From Antedon mediterranea (taxonomy: Eukaryota; Animalia; Echinodermata): a stretch of DNA of 64,000 nucleotides. The notes beneath the pieces are model-generated. The model saw only the letters and a list, made by a program, of their open reading frames with translations, was not told the DNA's origin and searched no databases. The stretch is taken from positions 9,777,332 through 9,841,331 of the forward strand of contig NC_092679.1 of the NCBI RefSeq assembly GCF_964355755.1. Direction: 5' to 3'. Positions 39,664 to 51,795 of this stretch are shown piece after piece (positions within the stretch are counted from its first letter, which is position 1; the number at the start of each line of letters is the position of its first letter). The translations under genes and the position numbers were made by a program.

Positions 39664-41974
39664 CACACTCGATTCACCAGGGACAAAAAGTAGTGAGCCC
39701 TCTATCGGCAGCCAATCGTTTTTGCACACGAGACAGCGTGGACAATTACCCGGAAGCAACTTTGTTTTGAAAAGTAAATCTTAGGTTTTTGCAAATTGGC
39801 CAATTGGAACTTTTGGTTTTATTTACTAATGAATAATTCATGAAAACCTTTGACAAGGCATCTACGAACCACGTGATATTGTTTTTTAATCGACGAACCC
39901 ATTATATTTGTGTGAAACAAGGGTGAATTACACCGATGTTTTTTAAACAATTTTAGGCTATTCGAATGTTAAAATTTCGTCTAATTTGTTGAGGCTGTAA
40001 TAAAACAACGCAATTTTTTGAGAAGGTGGGTTTTATAGTTTCTGAATATTTGATTTTTCAATAGTAGTTAATAAAAAAATCTCGTTGGGGTTATTTTTTA
40101 TTTTTTTTTAATGGCTGCTTAAACATGTGCCTTCTTGGGTATTTCACTATTGAAAATGGAACACATGGTTGTAGCTAAAATCATTTTTTACGCCATAAGA
40201 TAAAAAATGTGGTTTTGTAAATTAATAAGGGCAACATATAATATATAGGAAAGCTGTTTTTAATCATAAAACTCTACAAAGCCTCTTTTTTTTATTTATA
40301 AATCAATATAGTCTAGGCCTAGTAGTACAGTAGGAGAGCCAGGCTTTAGCCTATAGTGGGGTAGTGCGTGCATTATTGGCGCGTGTTCATTGTCGGGCGC
40401 GCGTTGTTTATAGGCCTAAGAAAAAAAGTAAAATATACAAATATAATTAAATAATGATTATTATTAATTGAATGTTGTTTTTTTTTTACAGACCACAGAG
40501 GATTGTTCTACATACTTCAATACAAATAGCATTAAATCAACAACAATTTCTTATGAGTCATATTAATTGCTCTGGCATATAATGTGAAAAAGCACTATTA
40601 ATACTGTAATAATGGATATCTATAGATGTATTGCCAAAAAGACATTTTATTTTTTAAAAACTTTAACTTATCCTAATTTACTTATTTAAAGGTTCAAGTG
40701 GCGGTTGGTTGTTGTGCAGTAGTTTAATAAAGTTTAAATGTACATTTCAAATCGGCAAATAAATAATGGTAATAGGCCTACAGTACTACAGTAAAGAAAA
40801 TCTTTTCGAAGATTAGGCTTAGTACAAAAGATGTTAGCTAAGTTGATGTAGAAAACTTGTTGTCTGATTTTTAAGGTGAAATTTGTGATAATATTAAAAG
40901 TTAAAATGTTAATTGGTGTGTATTTGTATTTCATTTATTGCTCCATTATTATAATAAAAAGCAGGGAACCATGAAATTTCATTTTAGCTCCGATAAAAAG
41001 TAAACATTTTCAGCATATACTGTACTTAAATAAATCATATGTTAGTGACAGGTGACATTAACAGATTTATTATGAGATTACTAGTAAGCCTACTAGTAGG
41101 TTTAGCTCTATTCATAAAAATAATGACATTATATACTGTACATTAATTAATTAGCCTAGCTAGGCCTAACTAATTTACTGATTTTTCAGTATTTTACCAA
41201 GTCAACCGTTCAGGCATGCAGACAGTCCTCACTTCACACTAATCTTCATAATTTTAAGAAAATGAAAGTTCAGCACTTTATTTTAAAATTTATAAGCCCA
41301 TATTATAAGATTCTGCATCATCCACTTAACAAGAACTAAAATCGAGAGCCCAGTGATAGAGCGCATCTTCCGACGTTCTCGTCGCCTAAGGAAACGAGTA
41401 TTCCAGCCCTGCCGCGTCTTCCTAGGCCTACGCGCACCGCACTTTCGCTCAAAATACACTATCTTCAACTCCTTATAGAATTTGTTTGAAAACAACCCCA
41501 AGCTTATATTTGGAAATCTTTGAAAATGCATATAAGACTATATTATAGCGTTTTCAGAATTTCATTTAAAAATTGCAAATTAATGTTAGCTATTTTAAAA
41601 GATTAGTTAGTTTTCACTTTTTTGTTTTCGCCGTATGACTCACTTTGTTTACGTTTACATTTGGCTTAGACGTTTATCTTAGAATTCGAATCAATTAATC
41701 CATAATCAACTAAAATTGCTATTGTTGTGGTTTTTGTTAAATATAAATGTTCTTAATAAACAGAAATAAATCAAACAACAATATAATTTAATATAAATCC
41801 GTTAAAAGATAAATTTAGACAGCCTATAAAACACGGAAGTCAGAACTCGCGTCGCTCGAAAATGCTCGGGAACTTTCTATTTATAGCCAATCGAAAAAGG
41901 CTCCGGCTAACTTAAACAATGAAAACGGCTCTCGGAACACTTAATGTCCATTTTCGCTGTTTGACGTGGATGTG
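39664..41974. mobile_element. Non-autonomous DNA transposon with CAC...GTG termini and 4-bp TSD (Chapaev-like; Transib/RAG-like not excluded)
   Basis: ATCT at 39660-39663 and 41975-41978. An empty-site paralogue at ~45151-45190 matches the rejoined flanks exactly. Ends read CACACTC... and ...GGATGTG. Confidence 0.8.
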
Positions 41975-43625
41975 ATCTCTCTCTCTCTCGCTGATCTATC
42001 TCTCTCTCTCGCTGATCTATCTCTCTCTTGCTAATCTATCTCTCTCTCGCTGATCTATCTCTCTCGCTGATCTATCTCTCTCTCTCTCATCTATCTCTCT
42101 CTCTCTCGCTGATCTATCTCTCCCCCGCTAATCTATCTCTCTCTCGCTGATCTATCTCTCTCTCACTGATCTATCTCTCTCTCGCTGATCTTTCTCTCTC
42201 TCGCTGATCTATCTCTCTCTCTCGCTGATCTATCTCTCTCTCTCGCTGATCTATATCTCTCTCGCTGATCTATCTCTCTCGCTGATCTATCTCTCTGTCG
42301 CTGACCTATCTCTCTCTCGCTGATCTTTCTCTCTCTCGCTGATCTATCTCTCTCTCTCTCGCTGATCTATCTCTCTCTCTCGCTGATCTATCTCTCTCGC
42401 TGATCTATCTCTCTCTCGCTGATCTATCTCTCTCTCGCTGATCTATCTCTCTCTCGCTGATCTATCTCTCCCTCTCGCTGATCTATCTCTCTCTCGCTGA
42501 TCTATCTCTCTCTCGCTGATCTATCTCTCTCTCTCTCGCTGATCTATCTCTCTCTCTCTCTCTCTCTCGCTGATCTATCTCTCTCTCTCTCGCTGATCTA
42601 TCTCTCTCTCACTGATCTATCTATCTCTCTCGCTGATCTATCTCTTTCTCGCTGATCTATCTCTCTCTCTCGCTGATCTATCTCTCTCTCGCAGATCTAT
42701 CTCTCTCGCTAATCTATCTCGCTCTCGCTGATCTATCTCTCTCTCTCGCTGATCTATCTCTCTCTTGCTGATCTATCTCTCTCTCTCTCTCGCTGATCTA
42801 TCTATCTCTCTCTCGCTGATCTATTTCTCTCTCTCGCTAATCTATCTCTCTCTCGCTTATCTATCTCTCTCTCTCTCTCTCGCTGATCTATCTATCTCTC
42901 TCTCGCTGATCTATCTCTCTCTCTCGCTAATCTATCTCTCTCTCGCTTATCTATCTCTCTCTCTCTCTCTCTCTGATCTATCTCTCTCTCTCTCGCTGAT
43001 CTATCTCTCTCTTGCTAATCTATCTCTCTCTCGCTGATCTATCTCTCTCTCGCTGATCTATCTCTCTCTCTCTGATCTATCTCTCTCTCGCTGATCTATA
43101 TCTCTCTCGCTGATCTATCTCTCCCTCTCGCTGATCTATTTTCTCTCTCGCTGATCTATCTCTCTTTCTCTCTCTCGCTGATCTATCTCTCTCTCTCTCT
43201 CTCGCTGATCTATCTCTCTCTCGCTGATCTATCTATCTCTCTCGCTGATCTATCTCTTTCTCGCTGATCTATCTCTCTCTCTCTCGCTGATCTTTCTCTC
43301 TCTCGCTGATCTATCTCTCTCTCTCTCGCTGATCGATCTCTCTCTCTCGCTGATCTATATCTTTCTCGCTGATCTATCTCTCTCGCTGATCTATCTCTCT
43401 GTCGCTGACCTATCTCTCTCTCGCTGATCTTTCTCTCTCTCGCTGATCTATCTCTCTCTCTCGCTGATCTATCTCTCTCGCTGATCTATCTCTCTCTCGC
43501 TGATCTATCTCTCTCTCGCTGATCTATCTCTCTCTCGCTGATCTATCTCTCCCTCTCGCTGATCTATCTCTCTCTCGCTGATCTATCTCTCTCTCGCTGA
43601 TCTATCTCTCTCTCTCGCTGATCTA

Positions 43626-43656
<31 letters not shown>

Positions 43657-45739
43657 TCTATCTCTCTCTCTCTCGCTGATCTATCTCTCTCTCTCGCTGA
43701 TCTATCTATCTATCTCTCTCGCTGATCTATCTCTTTCTCGCTGATCTATCTCTCTCTCTCGCTGATCTATCTCTCTCTCGCTGATCTATCTCTTTCGCTA
43801 ATCTATCTCGCTCTCGCTGATCTATCTCTCTCTCTCTCGCTGATCTATCTCTCTCTTGCTGATCTATCTCTCTCTCTCTCGCTGATCTATCTATCTCTCT
43901 CTCGCTGATCTATCTATCTCTCTCTCGCTGATCTATCTCTCTTGCTGATCTATCTCTCTCTCGCTGATCTATCTCTCTCGCTGATCTATCTCTCTCTCGC
44001 TGATCTATCTCTCTCTTGCTAATCTATCTCTCTCTCGCTGATCTATCTCTCTCTCGCTGATCTATCTCTCTCTCTCTGATCTATCTCTCTCTCTCTCGCT
44101 GATCTATCTCTCTCTCGCTAATCTATCTCTCTCTCGCTGATCTATCTCTCTCTCACTTATCTATCTCTCTCTCGCTGATCTTTCTCTCTCTCGCTGATCT
44201 ATCTCTCTCTCGCTGATCTATCTCTCTCTCGCTGATTTATATCTCTCTCGCTGATCTATCTCTCTCTCGCTGATCTATATCTCTCTCGCTGATCTATCTC
44301 TCCCTCTCGCTGATCTATCTCTCTCTCGCTGATCTATCTCTCTCGCTGATCTATCTCTCTCTCGCTGGTCTATCTCTCTCTCGCTGATCTATCTCTCTCT
44401 CGCTGATCTATCTCTCTCTCGCTGATCTATCTCTCCCTCTCGCTGATCTATCTCTCTCTCGCTGATCTATCTCTCTCTCGCTGATCTATCTCTCCCTCTC
44501 GCTGATCTATCTCTCTCTCGCTGATCTATTTCTCTCTCGCTGATCTATCTCTCTCTCGCTGATCTATATCTCTCTCGCTGATCTATCTCTCCCTCTCGCT
44601 GATCTATCTCTCTCTCGCTGATCTATCTCTCTCTCGCTGATCTATCTCTCTCTCTCTCTCTCGCTGATCTATCTCTCTCTCTCTCTCTCTCGCTGATCTA
44701 TCTCTCTCTCGCTTATCTATCTATCTCTCTCGCTGATCTATCTCTTTCTCGCTGATCTATCTCTCTCTCTCTCTCTCGCTGATCTATCTCTCTCTCGCTG
44801 ATCTATCTCTCTCTCGCTGATCTATCTCTCTCTCGCTAATCTATCTCGCTCTCGCTGATCTATCTCTCTCTCTCGCTGATCTATCTCTCTCTTGCTGATC
44901 TATCTCTCTCTCTCGCTTATCTATCTATCTCTCGCTGATCTATCTCTCTCTCGCTGATCTATATCTCTCTCGCTGATCTATCTCTCTCTCGCTGATCTAT
45001 CTATATCTCTCTCGCTGATCTATCTCTCTATCGCTGATCTATCTCTCTCGCTGATCTCTCTCTCTCTCGCTGATCTATCTCTCTCTCGCTGATCTATCTC
45101 TCTCTTGCTAATCTATCTCTCTCTCGCTGATCTATCTATCTCTCGCTGATCTATCTCTCTATCTGATCTATCTCTCTCTCTCTCGCTGATCTATCTCTCT
45201 CTCGCTGATCTATCTCTCTCTTGCTAATCTATCTCTCTCTCGCTGATCTATCTCTCTCGCTGATCTATCTCTCTCTCTCTCATCTATCTCTCTCTCTCTC
45301 GCTGATCTATCTCTCCCCCGCTAATCTATCTCTCTCTCGCTGATCTATCTCTCTCTCACTGATCTATCTCTCTCTCGCTGATCTTTCTCTCTCTCGCTGA
45401 TCTATCTCTCTCTCTCGCTGATCTATCTCTCTCTCTCGCTGATCTATATCTCTCTCGCTGATCTATCTCTCTCGCTGATCTATCTCTCTGTCGCTGACCT
45501 ATCTCTCTCTCGCTGATCTTTCTCTCTCTCGCTGATCTATCTCTCTCTCTCTCGCTGATCTATCTCTCTCTCTCGCTGATCTATCTCTCTCGCTGATCTA
45601 TCTCTCTCTCGCTGATCTATCTCTCTCTCGCTGATCTATCTCTCTCTCGCTGATCTATCTCTCCCTCTCGCTGATCTATCTCTCTCTCGCTGATCTATCT
45701 CTCTCTCGCTGATCTATCTCTCTCTCTCTCGCTGATCTA

Positions 45740-45770
<31 letters not shown>

Positions 45771-46993
45771 TCTATCTCTCTCTCTCTCGCTGATCTATCT
45801 CTCTCTCACTGATCTATCTATCTCTCTCGCTGATCTATCTCTTTCTCGCTGATCTATCTCTCTCTCTCGCTGATCTATCTCTCTCTCGCAGATCTATCTC
45901 TCTCGCTAATCTATCTCGCTCTCGCTGATCTATCTCTCTCTCTCGCTGATCTATCTCTCTCTTGCTGATCTATCTCTCTCTCTCTCTCGCTGATCTATCT
46001 ATCTCTCTCTCGCTGATCTATTTCTCTCTCGCTGATCTATCTCTCTCTCGCTGATCTATCTCTCTCTCGCTGATCTATCTCTCTCTTGCTAATCTATCTC
46101 TCTCTCGCTGATCTATCTCTCTCTCGCTGATCTATCTCTCTCTCTCTGATCTATCTCTCTCTCTCTCGCTGATCTATCTCTCTCTCGCTAATCTATCTCT
46201 CTCTCGCTGATCTATCTCTCTCTCACTGATCTATCTATCTCTCGCTGATCTTTCTCTCTCTCGCTGATCTATCTCTCTCTCGCTGATCTATCTCTCTCTC
46301 GCTGATTTATATCTCTCTCGCTGATCTATCTCTCTCTCGCTGATCTATATCTCTCTCGCTGATCTATCTCTCCCTCTTGCTGATCTATCTCTCTCTCGCT
46401 GATCTATCTCTCTCGCTGATCTATCTCTCTATCTCGCTGATCTATCTCTCTCTCGCTGATCAATCTCTCTCTCGCTGATCTATCTCTCCATCTCGCTGAT
46501 CTATCTCTCTCTCTCTCGCTGATCTATCTCTCTCTCGCTGATCTATCTCTCCCTCTCGCTGATCTATCTCTCTCTCGCTGATCTATTTCTCTCTCGCTGA
46601 TCTATCTCTCTCTCGCTGATCTATATCTCTCTCGCTGATCTATCTCTCCCTCTCGCTGATCTATCTCTCTCTCGCTGATCTATCTCTCTCTCTCTCTCTC
46701 TCGCTGATCTATCTCTCTCTCTCTCTCGCTGATCTATCTCTCTCTCGCTGATCTATCTATCTCTCTCGCTGATCTATCTCTTTTTCGCTGATCTATCTCT
46801 CTCTCTCTCGCTGATCTTTCTCTCTCTCGCTGATCTATCTCTCTCTCTCTCGCTGATCGATCTCCCTCTCTCGCTGATCTATATCTCTCTCGCTGATCTA
46901 TCCCTCTCGCTGATCTATCTCTCTGTCGCTGACCTATCTCTCTCTCGCTGATCTATCTCTCTCTCGCTGATCTATCACTCTCTCTCTCGCTGA

Positions 46994-47038
<45 letters not shown>

Positions 47039-48262
47039 TCTATCTCTCTCTCTCTCGCTGATCTATCTCTCTCTCGCTGATCTATCTATCTCTCTCGCTG
47101 ATCTATCTCTTTTTCGCTGATCTGTCTCTCTCTCTCGCTGATCTATCTATCTCTCTCGCTGATCTATCTCTTTCTCGCTGATCTATCTCTCTCTCTCGCT
47201 GATCTATCTCTCTCTCGCTGATCTATCTCTTTCGCTAATCTATCTCGCTCTCGCTGATCTATCTCTCTCTCTCTCTCGCTGATCTATCTCTCTCTTGCTG
47301 ATCTATCTCTCTCTTTCTCGCTGATCTATCTATCTCTCTCTCGCTGATCTATCTATCTCTCTCTCGCTGATCTATCTCTCTTGCTGATCTATCTCTCTCT
47401 CGCTGATCTATCTCTCTCTCGCTGATCTATCTCTCTCTCGCTGATCTATCTCTCTCTCGCTGATCTATCTCTCTTTTGCTAATCTATCTCTCTCTCGCTG
47501 ATCTATCTCTCTCTCGCTGATCTATCTCTCTCTCTCTGATCTATCTCTCTCGCTGATCTATATCTCTCTCGCTGATCTATCTCTCCCTCTCGCTGATCTA
47601 TCTCCCTCTCGCTGATCTATCTCTCTCTCTCTCTCTCTCTCGCTGATCTATCTCTCTCTCTCTCTCTCGCTGATCTATCTCTCTCTCGCTGATCTATCTA
47701 TCTCTATCGCTGATCTATCTCTTTCTCGCTGATCTATCTCTCTCTCGCTGATCTTTCTCTCTCTCGCTGATCTATCTCTCTCTCTCTCGCTGATCGATCT
47801 CTCTCTCTCTCTCTCTCGCTGATCTATCTCTCTCTCTCTCTCGCTGATCTATCTCTCTCTCGCTGATCTATCTATCTCTCTCGCTGATCTATCTCTTTCT
47901 CGCTGATCTATCTCTCTCTCTCTCGCTGATCTTTCTCTCTCTCGCTGATCTATCTCTCTCTCTCTCGCTGATCGATCTCCCTCTCTCGCTGATCTATATC
48001 TCTCTCGCTGATCTATCCCTCTCGCTGATCTATCTCTCTGTCGCTGACCTATCTCTCTCTCGCTGATCTTTCTCTCTCTCGCTGATCTATCTCTCTCTCT
48101 CACTGATCTATCTCTCTCGCTGATCTATCTCTCTCTCGCTGATCTAACTCTCTCTCGCTGATCTATCTCTCTCTCGCTGATCTATCTCTCCCTCTCGCTG
48201 ATCTATCTCTCTCTCGCTGATCTATCTCTCTCTCGCTAATCTATCACTCTCTCTCTCGCTGA

Positions 48263-48303
<41 letters not shown>

Positions 48304-51300
48304 TCTATCTCTCTCTCTCTCGCTGATCTATCTCTCTCTCGCTGATCTATCTATCTCTCTCGCTGATCTATCTCTTTCTTGCTGATCTATCTCTCTCTCT
48401 CGCTGATCTATCTCTCTCTCGCTGATCTATCTCTTTCGCTAATCTATCTCGCTCTCGCTGATCTATCTCTCTCTCTCTCGCTGATCTATCTCTCTCTTGC
48501 TGATCTATCTCTCTCTCTCTCGCTGATCTATCTATCTCTCTCTCGCTGATCTATCTATCTCTCTCTCGCTGATCTATCTCTCTTGCTGATCTATCTCTCT
48601 CTCGTTGATCTATCTCTCTCTCGCTGATCTATCTCTCTCTCGCTGATCTATCTCTCTCTTGCTAATCTATCTCTCTCTCGCTGATCTATCTCTCTCTCGC
48701 TGATCTATCTCTCTCTCTCTGATCTATCTCTCTCTCGCTGATCTATATCTCTCTCGCTGATCTATCTCTCCCTCTCGCTGATCTATCTCCCTCTCGCTGA
48801 TCTATCTCTCTCTCTCTCTCTCTCGCTGATCTATCTCTCTCTCTCTCTCTCGCTGATCTATCTCTCTCTCGCTGATCTATCTATCTCTATCGCTGATCTA
48901 TCTCTTTCTCGCTGATCTATCTCTCTCTCTCGCTGATCTTTCTCTCTCTCGCTGATCTATCTCTCTCTCTCTCGCTGATCGATCTCTCTCTCTCGCTGAT
49001 CTATATCTCTCTCGCTGATCTATCTCTCTCGCTGATCTATCTCTCTGTCGCTGACCTATCTCTCTCTCGCTGATCTTTCTCTCTCTCGCTGATCTATCTC
49101 TCTCTTTCGCTGATCTATCTCTTTCGCTGATCTATCTCTCTCTCGCTGATCTATCTCTCTCTCGCTGATCTATCTCTCTCTCGCTGATCTATCTCTCCCT
49201 CTCGCTGATCTATCTCTCTCTCGCTGATCTATCTCTCTCTCGCTGATCTATCTCTCTCTCTCGCTGATCTATCTCTCTCTCGCTGATCTATCTCTCTCTC
49301 TCGCTGATCTATCTCTCTCTCTCTCTCTCTCGCTGATCTATCTCTCTCTCTCTCGCTGATCTATCTCTCTCTCGCTGATCTATCTATCTCTCTCGCTGAT
49401 CTATCTCTTTCTCGCTGATCTATCTCTCTCTCTCGCTGATCTATCTCTTTCGCTAATCTATCTCGCTCTCGCTGATCTATCTCTCTCTCTCTCGCTGATC
49501 TTTCTCTCTCTTGCTGATCTATCTCTCTCTCTCTCGCTGATCTATCTATCTCTCTCTCGCTGATCTATCTATCTCTCTCTCGCTGATCTATCTCTCTTGC
49601 TGATCTATCTCTCTCTCGCTGATCTATCTCTCTCTCGCTGATCTATCTCTCTCTCGCTGATCTATCTCTCTCTTGCTAATCTTTCTCAGCTCTCTCTCGC
49701 TGATCTATCTCTCTCTCGCTGATCTATCTCTCTCTCTCTGATCTATCTCTCTCTCTCTCGCTGATCTATCTCTCTCTCGCTAATCTATCTCTCTCTCGCT
49801 GATCTATCTCTCTCTCACTGATCTATCTCTCTCTCGCTGATCTTTCTCTCTCTCGCTGATCTATTTCTCTCTCGCTGATCTATCTCTCTCTCGCTGATTT
49901 ATATCTCTCTCGCTGATCTATCTCTCTCTCGCTGAGCTATATCTCTCTCGCTGATCTATCTCTCCCTCTCGCTGATCTATCTCTCTCTCGCTGATCTATC
50001 TCTATCGCTGATCTATCTCTCTCTTTCTCGCTGATCTATCTCTCTCTCGCTGGTCTATCTCCCTCTCGCTGATCTATCTCTCTCTCGCTGATCTATCTCT
50101 CTCTAGCTGATTTATCTCTCCCTCTTGCTGATCTATCTCTCTCTCGCTGATCTATCTCTCTCTCGCTGATCTATCTCTCCCTCTCGCTGATCTATCTCTC
50201 TCTCGCTGATCTATTTCTCTCTCGCTGATCTATCTCTCTCTCGCTGATCTATATCTCTCTCGCTGATCTATCTCTCCCTCTCGCTGATCTATCTCTCTCT
50301 CGCTGATCTATCTCTCTCTCTCTCTCGCTGATCTATCTCTCTCTCTCTCTCGCTGATCTATCTCTCTCTCGCTGATCTATCTATCTCTCTCGCTGATCTA
50401 TCTCTTTCTCGCTGATCTATCTCTCTCTCTCTCGCTGATCGATCTCTCTCTCTCTCTCGCTGATCGATCTCTCTCTCTCGCTGATCTATATCTCTCTCGC
50501 TGATCTATCTCTCTCGCTGATCTATCTCTCTGTCGCTGACCTATCTCTCTCTCGCTGATCTTTCTCTCTCTCGCTGATCTATCTCTCTCTCTCGCTGATC
50601 TATCTCTCTCGCTGATCTATCTCTCTCTCGCTGATCTATCTCTCTCTCGCTGATCTATCTCTCTCTCGCTGATCTATCTCTCCCTCTCGCTGATCTATCT
50701 CTTTCTCGCTGATCTATCTCTCTCTCGCTGATCTATCACTCTCTCTCTCGCTGATCTATCTCTCTCTCTCTCTCTCTCTCTTGCTGATCTATCTCTCCCT
50801 CTCTCGCTGATCTATCTCTCTCTCGCTGATCTATCTATCTCTCTCGCTGATCTATCTCTTTCTCGCTGATCTATCTCTCTCTCTCGCTGATCTATCTCTC
50901 TCTCGCTGATCTATCTCTTTCGCTAATCTATCTCGCTCTCGCTGATCTATCTCTCTCTCTCTCGCTGATCTATCTCTCTCTTGCTGATCTATCTCTCTCT
51001 CTCGCTGATCTATCTATCTCTCTCTCTCGCTGATCTATCTATCTCTCTCTCGCTGATCTATCTCTCTTGCTGATCTATCTCTCTCTCGCTGATCTATCTC
51101 TCTCTCGCTGATCTATCTCTCTCTCGCTGATCTATCTCTCTCTTGCTAATCTATCTCTCTCTCGCTGATCTATCTCTCTCTCGCTGATCTATCTCTCTCT
51201 CTCTGATCTATCTCTCTCTCGCTGATCTATATCTCTCTCGCTGATCTATCTCTCCCTCTCGCTGATATATCTCTCTCTCGCTGATCTATCTCTCTCTCTC

Positions 51301-51759
51301 TCTCTCGCTGATCTATCTCTCTCTCTCTCTCTCTCTCGCTGATCTATCTCTCTCTCGCTGATCTATCTATCTCTCTCGCTGATCTATCTCTTTCTCGCTG
51401 ATCTATCTCTCTCTCTCTCTCGCTGATCTTTCTCTCTCTCGCTGATCTATCTCTCTCTCTCTCGCTGATCGATCTCTCTCTCTCGCTGATCTATATCTCT
51501 CTCGCTGATCTATCTCTCTCGCTGATCTATCTCTCTGTCGCTGACCTATCTCTCTCTCGCTGATCTTTCTCTCTCTCGCTGATCTATCTCTCTATCTCGC
51601 TGATCTATCTCTCTCGCTGATCTATCTCTCTCTCGCTGATCTATCTCTCTCTCGCTGATCTATCTCTCTCTCGCTGATCTATCTCTCCCTCTCGCTGATC
51701 TATCTCTCTCTCTCGCTGATCTATCTCTCTCTCGCTGATCTATCTCTCTCTCTCGCTGA

Positions 51760-51795
<36 letters not shown>

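Noticed and set aside
40734-41531. ORFs inside the CAC...GTG element as transposase or RAG1/2 fragments
   Set aside because: No DDE, zinc-finger or kelch motif recognisable in the frames I read.
42765-48103. Low-complexity ORFs (LSLSLADL..., RERDRSAR...), also 24782-25048
   Set aside because: Translations of the CT satellite; the variable tract length destroys any frame.
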